This document shows, in pieces, positions 39,111 through 50,800 of a stretch of DNA of 64,000 bases (position 1 is its first letter; the number at the start of each line of letters is the position of its first letter). Source of the stretch: Eledone cirrhosa (taxonomy: Eukaryota); contig OZ024743.1 in the NCBI GenBank assembly GCA_964016885.1, positions 205,778,001 to 205,842,000 on the forward strand, read 5' to 3'. The notes beneath the pieces are model-generated. The model worked only from the letters and a program-made list of their open reading frames with translations, was not told the origin of the DNA and ran no database searches. The position numbers and the translations under genes are program-made.

Positions 39111-41200
39111 CCCTGATTTTTTTACAAATTATCTCCCCCTAATTTATTTTACAAATTATCTCCGCCTGATTTTTTTAAATATTATCTTCCCTTGGCTGGC
39201 GGGAAATAATCTCCCCTTGGACGGCTGGAAATTATCTCCCCTTGGAAGGATGGAAATTATCTTCCCTTGGACGGCTGGAAATTATCTCCCCTTGCACGGC
39301 TGGAAATTATCTCACCTTGGACGGCTGGAAATTATCTCCCCTTCGCTGGAAATTATCTCCCCTTGGATGGCTAGAAATTATCTCTCTTTGGACGGCTGGA
39401 AATTATCTCCCCTTGATTCTTTTTACAAATTATCTCCCCCTGATTTTTTTTACAAATCTCCCAGTGATTTTAAAAAAAAAATTATCTCCCTTTCGCTGGC
39501 TGGAAATTATCTCCCCTTGGACGCTGGAAATTATAGCCCCTTGGAGGGCTGGAAATTATCTTCCCTTGGACGGCTGGAAATTATCTCCCCTTGATTTTTT
39601 TTACATATTATCTCCCCCTGATTTTTTTTACAACTTATCTCCGCCTGATTTTTTTAAAAAAATTATCTCCCCTTGGCTGGCTGGAAATTATCTCCCCTTG
39701 GAGGCTGGAATTTATCTCCCCTTGGACGGCTAGAAATTACCTCTCCTTGGACGGCTGGAAATTATGTCTCCTTGGACGGCTGGAAATTATCTCCCCTTGG
39801 ACGGCTGGAAATTACCTCCCCTTGGACGGCTGGAAATTATCTCCCCTTGATTTTGTATACAAATTATCTCCCCCTGATATTTTTTTACAAATTATCTGCC
39901 CCTGATTATTTTTTACAAATTAGCTCCGCCTGATTTTTTTTAAAAATTATCTCCCCTTGGACGGCTGGAAATTATCTCCCCTTGGACGGCTGGAAATTAT
40001 CTCCCCTTGAACGGCTAGAAATTACCTGTCCTTGGACGGCTGAAAATTATCTCCCCTTGGACGGCTGGAAATTATCTCCCCTTGATTTTTTACAAATTAT
40101 CTCCCCCTGATTTTTTTTACAAATTATCTCCCCCTGATTTTTTTTTACAAATTATCTACCCCTGATTTTTTTTACAAATCTCCCAGTGATTTTTTAAAAA
40201 AAATTATCTCCCCTTCGCTGGCTGGAAATTATCTCCCCTTGGACGCTGGAAATTATAGCTCCCTGGAGGGCTGGAAGTTATCTTTCCTTGGAGGGCTGGA
40301 ATTTATCTTCCCTTGGACGGCTGGAAATTATCTCCCCTTGATTTTTTTTACAAATTATCTCCCCCTGATTTTTTTTTACAAATTATCTCCCCCTGATTTT
40401 TTTTTTACAAATTATCTCCGCCTGATTTTTTTTTAAAATTATCTCCCCTTGGACGGCTGGAAATTATCTCCCCTTGGACGGCTGGAAATTATCTCCCCTT
40501 GGACGGCTAGAAATTACCTCTCCTTGGACGGCTTAAAATTATCTCCCCTTGATTTTTTTTTACAAATTATCTACCCCTGATTTTTTTTTACAAATTATCT
40601 ACGCCTGATTTTTTTTTCCAAATTATCTCCCCCTGATTTTTTTTTACAAATTATCTCCCCCTGATTTTTTTTTTACAAATTATATCCGCCTGATTTTTTT
40701 TAAAAATTATCTCCCCTTGGACGGCTGGAAATTATCTCCCCTTGGACGGCTGGAAATTATCTCCCCTTGGACGGCTAGAAATTACCTCTCCTTGGACGGC
40801 TTAAAATTATCTCCCCTTGATTTTTTTTTACAAATTATCTACCCCTGATTTTTTTTTACAAATTATCTACGCCTGATTTTTTTTTCCAAATTATCTCCCC
40901 CTGATTTTTTTTTACAAATTATCTCCCCCTGTTTTTTTTTACAAATTATTTCCCCCTGATTATTTTACAAATTATCTCCGCCTGATTTTTTTAAATATTA
41001 TCTTCCCTTGGCTGGCGGGAAATTATCTCCCCTTGGACGCCTGGAAATTATCTCCCCTTGGAAGGATGGAAATTATCTCCCCTTGGACGGCTGGAAATTA
41101 TCTGCACTTGATTTTGTTTTTACAAATTATCTTCCCCTGATTTTTTTTACAAATTATCTCCACCTGATTTTTTAAAAAATTATCTCTCCTTGGACGGCTG
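39111..41200. repeat. Mosaic transition zone between the two HOR families
   Basis: Monomer order follows ~1115-3030 with deletions and a 268-bp duplication. It carries variants typical of the 6.6-kb family (ATCTCACCTT at ~39309, CCCTTCGCTGGAAA at ~39339; cf. ~46857 and ~46887). Confidence 0.75.
40420..40915. repeat. Local 268-bp tandem duplication unique to the transition zone
   Basis: GGCTTAAAATT...CTACCCC...CTACGCC...TTTTCCAAATT occurs at ~40530 and ~40798, but only once in homologous blocks (~2728, ~15216, ~19844, ~32407). Confidence 0.85.
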
Positions 41201-41260
41201 GAAATTATCTCCCCTTGGCTGGAAATTATCTCCCCTTGGACGGCTAGAAATTATCTCTCT

Positions 41261-44200
41261 TTGGACGGCTGGAACTTATCTCCCCTTGATTTTTTTACAA
41301 ATTATCTCCCCCAGATTTTTTTTACAAATCTCCCAGTGATTTTTTTAAAAAAATTATCTCCCCTTCGCTGGCTGGAAATTATCTCCCCTTGGACGCTGGA
41401 AATTATAGCCCCTTGGAGGGCTGGAAGTTATCTTCGCTTCGAGGGCTGGAAATTATCTTCCCTTGGACGGCTAGAAATTATCTCCCCTTGATTTTTTTTA
41501 CAAATTATCTCCCCCTGATTTTTTTTTTACAAATTATCTCCGCCTGATTTTTTTTTTAAATTATCTCCCCTTGGACGGCTGGAAATTATCTCCCCTTGGA
41601 CGGCTGGAAATTATCTCCCCTTGGACGGCTAGAAATTACGTCTCCTTGGACGGCTGAAAATTATCTCCCCTTGGACGGCTGGAAATTATCTCCCCTTGAT
41701 TTTTTTTTACAAATTGTCTCCCCCTGATTTTTTTTTACAAATTATCTACCCCTGATTTTTTTTTACAAATTATCTCCCCCTGATTTTTTTTACAAATTAT
41801 CTCCCCCTGATTTTTTTTTACAAATTATCTCCCCCTGATTTTTTTTACAAATCTCCCCCTAATTTAAAAAAAAATTATCTCCCCTTCGCTGGCTGGAAAT
41901 TATCTCCCTTTGGACGGCTGGAAATTATAGCTGCTTGTAGGGCTGGAAATTATCTCCCCTTGGACGGCTGGAAATTATCTCCCCTTGATTTTTTTTACTA
42001 ATTATCTCCCCCTGATTTTTTTTTACAAATATCTCCCCTTGGCTGCCTGGAAATTATCTCCCATTGGCAGGCTGGAAATGATCTCCCCTTGGACGGCTGG
42101 AAATTATCTCCCCTTGGACGCCTAGAAATTACCTCTCCTTGGACAGCTGTAAATTATCTCCCCTTGGACGGCTGGAAATTATCTCCCCTTGATTTTGTAT
42201 ACAAATTATCTCCCCCTGATTTTTTTTTACAAATTATCTGCCCCTGATTATTTTTTTACAAATTAGCTCCGCCTGATTTTTTTTTAAAATTATCTCCCCT
42301 TGGACGGCTGGAAATTATCTCCCCTTGGACGGCTGGAAATTATCTCCCCTTGAACGGCTAGAAATTACCTCTCCTTGGACGGCTGAAAATTATCTCCCCT
42401 TGGACGGCTGGAAATTATCGCCCCCTGATTTTTTTTAACAAATTATCTCCACCTGATTTTTTTTACAAATCATCTCCGCCTGATTTTTTAAAGAAATTAT
42501 CTCCCTTGGCTTGCTGGAAATTATCTCCCCTTGGACGGCTATAAATTATCTCTCCTTCGACGGCAGGAAATTATCTCCCCTTGATTTTTTTACAAATTAT
42601 CTCCCCCTGATTTTTTTTTACCAATATACCCCTGATTTAAAAAAAAAAATTATCTCCCCTTCGCTGGCTGGAAATTATCTCCCCTTGGACGGCTGGAAAT
42701 TATCTCCCCTTGGAAGGATGGAAATTATCTCCCCTTGGACGGCTGGAAATTATCTCCCCTTGCACGGCTGGAAATTATCTCCCCTTGGACGGCTAGAAAT
42801 TGCCTCTCCTTGAACGGCTGAAAATTATCTCCCCTTGGACGGCTGGAAATTATCTCCCCCTGATTTTTTTTACAAATTATCTCCCCTTGCACGGCTGGAA
42901 ATTATCTCCCCTTGGACGGCTGGAAATTATCTGCCCTTGATTTTGTTTTTACAAATTATCTCCCCCTGATTTTTTTTACAAATTATCTCCACCTGATATT
43001 TAAAAAAATTATCTCCCCTTGGACGGCTGGAAATTATCTCCCCTTGGCTGGAAATTATCTCCCCTTTGACGGCTAGAAATTATCTCTCTTTGGACGGCTG
43101 GAAATTATCTCCCCTTGATTCTTTTTACAAATTATCTCCCCCTGATTTTTTTTACAAATCTCCCAGTGATTTTTAAAAAAAAATTATCTCCCCTTCGCTG
43201 GCTGGAAATTATCTCCCCTTGGACGCTGGAAATTATAGCCCCTTGGAGGCTGGAAATTATCTTCCCTTGGACGGCTGGAAATTATCTCCCCTTGATTTTT
43301 TTACAAATTATCTCCCCCTGATTTTTTTTTACAAATTATCTCCCCCTGATTTTTTTTTACAAATTATCTCCCCCTGATTTTTTTTACAAATTATCTCCCC
43401 CTGATTTTTTTACAAATTATCTCCCCTTGGCTGGCTGGAAATTATCTCCCCTTGGAGGCTGGAATTTATCTCCCCTTCGACGGCTGGAAATTATCTCCCA
43501 TTGGACGGCTAGAAATTACCTCTCCTTGGACGGCTGAAAATTATCTCCCCTTGGACGGCTGGAAATTATCTCCCCTTGATTTTTTTACAAATTATCTCCC
43601 CCTGATTTTTTTTTACAAATTATCTCCCCCTGAATTTTTTTTTACAAATTATCTCCCCCTGATTTTTTTTACAAATTATCTCCCCCTGATTTTTTTACAA
43701 ATTATCTCCCCTTGGCTGGCTGGAAATTATCTCCCCTTGGAGGCTGGAATTTATCTCCCCTTGGACGGCTGGAAATTATCTCCCCTTGGACGGCTAGAAA
43801 TTACCTCTCCTTGGACGGCTGGAAATTATCTCCCCTTGAACGGCTGGAAATTATCTCCCCTTGGACGGCTGGAAATTATCTCCCCTTGGACGGCTGGAAA
43901 TTATCTCCCCTTGGACGGCTAGAAATTACCTCTCCTTGGACGGCTGGAAATTATCTCCCCTTGGACGGCTGGAAATTATCTCCCCTTGGACGGCTGGAAA
44001 TTATTTCCCCTTGATTTTTTTTACAAATCATCTCCCCCTGATTTTTTTTACAAATCTCCCCCTAATTTAAAAAAGAATTAGCTCCCCTTCGCTGGCTGGA
44101 AATTATCTCCCTTTGGACGGCTGGAAATTATAGCTGCTTGTAGGGCTGGAAATTATCTCCCCTTGGACGGCTGGAAATTATCTCCCCTTGATTTTTTTTT

Positions 44201-47200
44201 ACTAATTATCTCCCCCTGATTTTTTTTTACAAATATCTCCCCTTGGCTGCCTGGAAATTATCTCCCCTTGGCAGGCTGGAAATGATCTCCCCTTGGACGG
44301 CTGGAAATTATCTCCCCTTGGACGCCTAGAAATTACCTCTCCTTGGACAGCTGTAAATTATCTCCCCTTGGACGGCTGGAAATTATCTCGCCTTGGACGG
44401 CTGGAAATTATCTCTCCTTGATTTTGTATACAAATTATCTCCCCCTGATTTTTTTTTACAAATTATCTGCCCCTGATTATTTTTTTACAAATTAGCTCCG
44501 CCTGATTTTTTTTTAAAATTATCTCCCCTTGGACGGCTGGAAATTATCTCCCCTTGGACGGCTGGAAATTATCTCCCCTTGAACGGCTAGAAATTACCTC
44601 TCCTTGGACGGCTGAAAATTATCTCCCCTTGGACGGCTGGAAATTATCGCCCCCTGATTTTTTTTAACAAATTATCTCCACCTGATTTTTTTTACAAATC
44701 ATCTCCGCCTGATTTTTTTAAGAAATTATCTCCCTTGGCTTGCTGGAAATTATCTTCCCTTGGACGGCTAGAAATTACCTCTCCTTGGACGGCTGGAAAT
44801 TATGTCTCCTTGGACGGCTGGAAATTATCTCCCCTTGGACGGCTGGAAATTATCTCCCCTTGGACGGCTGGAAATTATCTCCCCTTGGACGGCTAGATAT
44901 TACCTCTCCTTGGACGGCTGGAAATTATCTGCCCTTGGACGGCTGGAAATTATCTCCCCTTGGACGGCTGGAAATTATTTCCCCTTGATTTTTTTTACAG
45001 ATTATCTCCCCCTGATTTTTTTTTACAAATCTCCCCCTAATTTAAAAAAAAATTATCTCCCCTTCGCTGGCTGGAAATTATCTTCCTTTGGACGGCTGGA
45101 AATTATAGCCGCTTGTAGGGCTGGAAATTATCTCCCCTTGGACGGCTGGAAATTATCTCCCCTTGATTTTTTTTACTAATTATCTTACCCTGAATTTTTT
45201 TTACAAATTATCTCCGCCTGATTTTTTTAAAAAAATTATCTCCCCTTGGCTGGATGGAAATTATCTCCCCTTGGACGGCTGGAAATTATCTCCCCTTGAT
45301 TTCTTCTACAAAGTATCTACCCCTGATTTTTTTTTTACAAATTATTTCTCCCTGATTTTTTTTTACAAATATCTCCCCTTGGCTGGCTGGAAATTACCTC
45401 CCCTTGGCTGGCTGGAAATTATCTCCCCCTGATATTTTTTTACAAATTAGCTCCCCCTGATTTTTTTTTACAAATTATCTCCCCCTGATTTTTTTCACAA
45501 ATTATCTCCCCCTGATTTTTTTTACAAATTATCTCCCCTGATTTGAAAAAAAAAATTATCTCCCCTTGGACGGCTGGAAATTATCTCCCCTTGACGGCTA
45601 TAAATTATCTCTCCTTCGACGGCTGTAAATTATCTCCCCTTGATTTTTTTACAAATTATCTCCCCCTGATTTTTTTTTACCAATCTACCCCTGATTTTAA
45701 AAAAAAATTATCTCCCCTTCGCTGGCTGGAAATTATCTCCCCTTGGACGGCTGGAAATTATCTCCCCTTGGAAGGATGGAAATTATCTCCCCTTGGACGG
45801 CTGGAAATTATCTCCCCTTGCACGGCTGGAAATTATCTCCCCTTGGACGGCTAGAAATTACCTCTCCTTGGACGGCTGAAAATTATCTCCCCTTGGACGG
45901 CTGGAAATTATCTCCCCCTGATTTTTTTTAAAAATTATCTCCCCTTGCACGGCTGGAAATTATCTCCCCTTGGACGGCTGGAAATTATCTCCCCTTGGAC
46001 GCCTAGAAATTACCTCTCCTTGGACAGCTGTAAATTATCTCCCCTTGGACGGCTGGAAATTATCTCCCCTTGGAAGGATGGAAATTATCTCCCCTTGGAC
46101 GGCTGGAAATTATCTCCCCTTGCACTGCTGGAAATTATCTCCCCTTGGACGGCTGGAAATTATCTGCCCTTGATTTTGTTTTTACAAATTATCTTCCCCT
46201 GATTTTTTTTACAAATTATCCGCCTGATTTTTTTAAATATTATCTTCCCTTGGCTGGCGGGAAATTATCTCCCCTTGGACGCCTGGAAATTATCTCCCCT
46301 TGGAAGGATGGAAATTATCTCCCCTTGGACGGCTGGAAATTATCTCCCCTTGCACTGCTGGAAATTATCTCCCCTTGGACGGCTGGAAATTATCTGCCCT
46401 TGATTTTGTTTTTACAAATTATCTTCCCCTGATTTTTTTTACAAATTATCTCCACCTGATTTTTTAAAAAATTATCTCCCCTTGGACGGCTGGAAATTAT
46501 CTCCCCTTGGCTGGAAATTATCTCCCCTTGGACGGCTAGAAATTATCTCTCTTTGGACGGCTGTAAATTATCTCCCCTTGATTTTTTTTACAAATTATCT
46601 CCCCCTGATTTTTTTTACAAATTATCTCCGCCTGATTTTTTTTTTACAAATTATCTCCCCCTGATTTTTTTACAAATTATCTCCCCCTAATTTATTTTAC
46701 AAATTATCTCCGCCTGATTTTTTTAAATATTATCTTCCCTTGGCTGGCGGGAAATAATCTCCCCTTGGACGGCTGGAAATTATCTCCCCTTGGAAGGATG
46801 GAAATTATCTTCCCTTGGACGGCTGGAAATTATCTCCCCTTGCACGGCTGGAAATTATCTCACCTTGGACGGCTGGAAATTATCTCCCCTTCGCTGGAAA
46901 TTATCTCCCCTTGGATGGCTAGAAATTATCTCTCTTTGGACGGCTGGAAATTATCTCCCCTTGATTCTTTTTACAAATTATCTCCCCCTGATTTTTTTTA
47001 CAAATCTCCCAGTGATTTTAAAAAAAAAATTATCTCCCTTTCGCTGGCTGGAAATTATCTCCCCTTGGACGCTGGAAATTATAGCCCCTTGGAGGGCTGG
47101 AAATTATCTTCCCTTGGACGGCTGGAAATTATCTCCCCTTGATTTTTTTTACATATTATCTCCCCCTGATTTTTTTTACAACTTATCTCCGCCTGATTTT

Positions 47201-47857
47201 TTTAAAAAAATTATCTCCCCTTGGACGGCTGGAAATTATCTCCCCTTGGACGGCTGGAAATTATCTCTCCTTGGACGGCTAGAAATTACCTCTCCTTGGA
47301 CGGCTGAAAATTATCTCCCCTTGGACGGCTGGAAATTATCTCCCCTTGATTTTTTTTACAAATTATCTCCCCCTGATTTTTTTTTACAAATTATCTCCCC
47401 CTGATTTTTTTTACAAATTATATTCCCTTGGCTGGCTGGAAATTATCTCCCCTTGGAGGCTGGAATTTATCTCCCCTTGGACGGCTAGAAATTACCTCTC
47501 CTTGGACGGCTGGAAATTATGTCTCCTTGGACGGCTGGAAATTATCTCCCCTTGGACGGCTGGAAATTATCTCCCCTTGGACGGCTGGAAATTATCTCCC
47601 CTTGATTTTGTATACAAATTATCTCCCCCTGATATTTTTTTACAAATTATCTGCCCCTGATTATTTTTTACAAATTAGCTCCGCCTGATTTTTTTTAAAA
47701 ATTATCTCCCCTTGGACGGCTGGAAATTATCTCCCCTTGGACGGCTGGAAATTATCTCCCCTTGAACGGCTAGAAATTACCTGTCCTTGGACGGCTGAAA
47801 ATTATCTCCCCTTGGCTGGAAATTATCTCCCCTTGGACGGCTAGAAATTATCTCTCT
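41261..47857. repeat. 6.6-kb HOR family, unit 1 (6597 bp)
   Basis: Marker GGAACTTATC...CCCCCAGA...GGAAGTTATCTTCGCTTCGAGGG; the matching pseudo-ORF starts at 41261, 47858, 54245 and 57782. Confidence 0.92.
46030..46450. repeat. Local 230-bp tandem duplication present in every 6.6-kb family unit
   Basis: TGGAAGGATG...GCACTGCTGG...CTGCCCTTGATTTTGTTTTTAC at 46071 and 46301, and likewise near 52458/52688, 55995/56225 and 62591/62821. Confidence 0.85.
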
Positions 47858-50800
47858 TTGGACGGCTGGAACTTATCTCCCCTTGATTTTTTTACAAATT
47901 ATCTCCCCCAGATTTTTTTTACAAATCTCCCAGTGATTTTTTTAAAAAAATTATCTCCCCTCCGCTGGCTGGAAATTATCTCCCCTTGGACGCTGGAAAT
48001 TATAGCCCCTTGGAGGGCTGGAAGTTATCTTCGCTTCGAGGGCTGGAAATTATCTTCCCTTGGACGGCTAGAAATTATCTCCCCTTGATTTTTTTTACAA
48101 ATTATCTCCCCCTGATTTTTTTTTTACAAATTATCTCCGCCTGATTTTTTTTTAAAATTATCTCCCCTTGGACGGCTGGAAATTATCTCCCCTTGGACGG
48201 CTGGAAATTATCTCCCCTTGGACGGCTAGAAATTACGTCTCCTTGGACGGCTGAAAATTATCTCCCCTTGGACGGCTGGAAATTATCTCCCCTTGATTTT
48301 TTTTTACAAATTGTCTCCCCCTGATTTTTTTTTACAAATTATCTACCCCTGATTTTTTTTTACAAATTATCTCCCCCTGATTTTTTTTACAAATTATCTC
48401 CCCATGATTTTTTTTTACAAATTATCTCCCCCTGATTTTTTTTACAAATCTCCCCCTAATTTAAAAAAAAATTATCTCCCCTTCGCTGGCTGGAAATTAT
48501 CTCCCTTTGGACGGCTGGAAATTATAGCTGCTTGTAGGGCTGGAAATTATCTCCCCTTGGACGGCTGGAAATTATCTCCCCTTGATTTTTTTTACTAATT
48601 ATCTCCCCTGATATTTTTTTACAAATATCTCCCCTTGGCTGCCTGGAAATTATCTCCCATTGGCAGGCTGGAAATGATCTCCCCTTGGACGGCTGGAAAT
48701 TATCTCCCCTTGGACGCCTAGAAATTACCTCTCCTTGGACAGCTGTAAATTATCTCCCCTTGGACGGCTGGAAATTATCTCCCCTTGATTTTGTATACAA
48801 ATTATCTCCCCCTGATTTTTTTTTACAAATTATCTGCCCCTGATTATTTTTTTACAAATTAGCTCCGCCTGATTTTTTTTTTAAATTATCTCCACTTGGA
48901 CGGCTGGAAATTATCTCCCCTTGGACGGCTGGAAATTATCTCCCCTTGAACGGCTAGAAATTACCTCTCCTTGGACGGCTGAAAATTATCTCCCCTTGGA
49001 CGGCTGGAAATTATCGCCCCCTGATTTTTTTTAACAAATTATCTCCACCTGATTTTTTTTACAAATCATCTCCGCCTGATTTTTTAAAGAAATTATCTCC
49101 CTTGGCTTGCTGGAAATTATCTCCCCTTGGACGGCTATAAATTATCTCTCCTTCGACGGCAGGAAATTATCTCCCCTTGATTTTTTTACAAATTATCTCC
49201 CCCTGATTTTTTTTTACCAATCTACCCCTGATTTAAAAAAAAAAATTATCTCCCCTTCGCTGGCTGGAAATTATCTCCCCTTGGACGGCTGGAAATTATC
49301 TCCCCTTGGAAGGATGGAAATTATCTCCCCTTGGACGGCTGGAAATTATCTCCCCTTGCACGGCTGGAAATTATCTCCCCTTGGACGGCTAGAAATTGCC
49401 TCTCCTTGAACGGCTGGAAATTATCTCCCCTTGGCTGGAAATTATCTCCCCTTTGACGGCTAGAAATTATCTCTCTTTGGACGGCTGGAAATTATCTCCC
49501 CTTGATTCTTTTTACAAATTATCTCCCCCTGATTTTTTTTACAAATCTCCCAGTGATTTTTAAAAAAAAATTATCTCCCCTTCGCTGGCTGGAAATTATC
49601 TCCCCTTGGACGCTGGAAATTATAGCCCCTTGGAGGCTGGAAATTATCTTCCCTTGGACGGCTGGAAATTATCTCCCCTTGATTTTTTTACAAATTATCT
49701 CCCCCTGATTTTTTTTTACAAATTATCTCCCCCTGATTTTTTTTTACAAATTATCTCCCCCTGATTTTTTTTACAAATTATCTCCCCCTGATTTTTTTAC
49801 AAATTATCTCCCCTTGGCTGGCTGGAAATTATCTCCCCTTGGAGGCTGGAATTTATCTCCCCTTCGACGGCTGGAAATTATCTCCCATTGGACGGCTAGA
49901 AATTACCTCTCCTTGGACGGCTGAAAATTATCTCCCCTTGGACGGCTGGAAATTATCTCCCCTTGATTTTTTTACAAATTATCTCCCCCTGATTTTTTTT
50001 TACAAATTATCTCCCCCTGAATTTTTTTTTACAAATTATCTCCCCCTGATTTTTTTTACAAATTATCTCCCCCTGATTTTTTTACAAATTATCTCCCCTT
50101 GGCTGGCTGGAAATTATCTCCCCTTGGAGGCTGGAATTTATCTCCCCTTGGACGGCTGGAAATTATCTCCCCTTGGACGGCTAGAAATTACCTCTCCTTG
50201 GACGGCTGGAAATTATCTCCCCTTGAACGGCTGGAAATTATCTCCCCTTGGACGGCTGGAAATTATCTCCCCTTGGACGGCTGGAAATTATCTCCCCTTG
50301 GACGGCTAGAAATTACCTCTCCTTGGACGGCTGGAAATTATCTCCCCTTGGACGGCTGGAAATTATCTCCCCTTGGACGGCTGGAAATTATTTCCCCTTG
50401 ATTTTTTTTACAAATCATCTCCCCCTGATTTTTTTTACAAATCTCCCCCTAATTTAAAAAAGAATTAGCTCCCCTTCGCTGGCTGGAAATTATCTCCCTT
50501 TGGACGGCTGGAAATTATAGCTGCTTGTAGGGCTGGAAATTATCTCCCCTTGGACGGCTGGAAATTATCTCCCCTTGATTTTTTTTTACTAATTATCTCC
50601 CCCTGATTTTTTTTTACAAATATCTCCCCTTGGCTGCCTGGAAATTATCTCCCCTTGGCAGGCTGGAAATGATCTCCCCTTGGACGGCTGGAAATTATCT
50701 CCCCTTGGACGCCTAGAAATTACCTCTCCTTGGACAGCTGTAAATTATCTCCCCTTGGACGGCTGGAAATTATCTCGCCTTGGACGGCTGGAAATTATCT

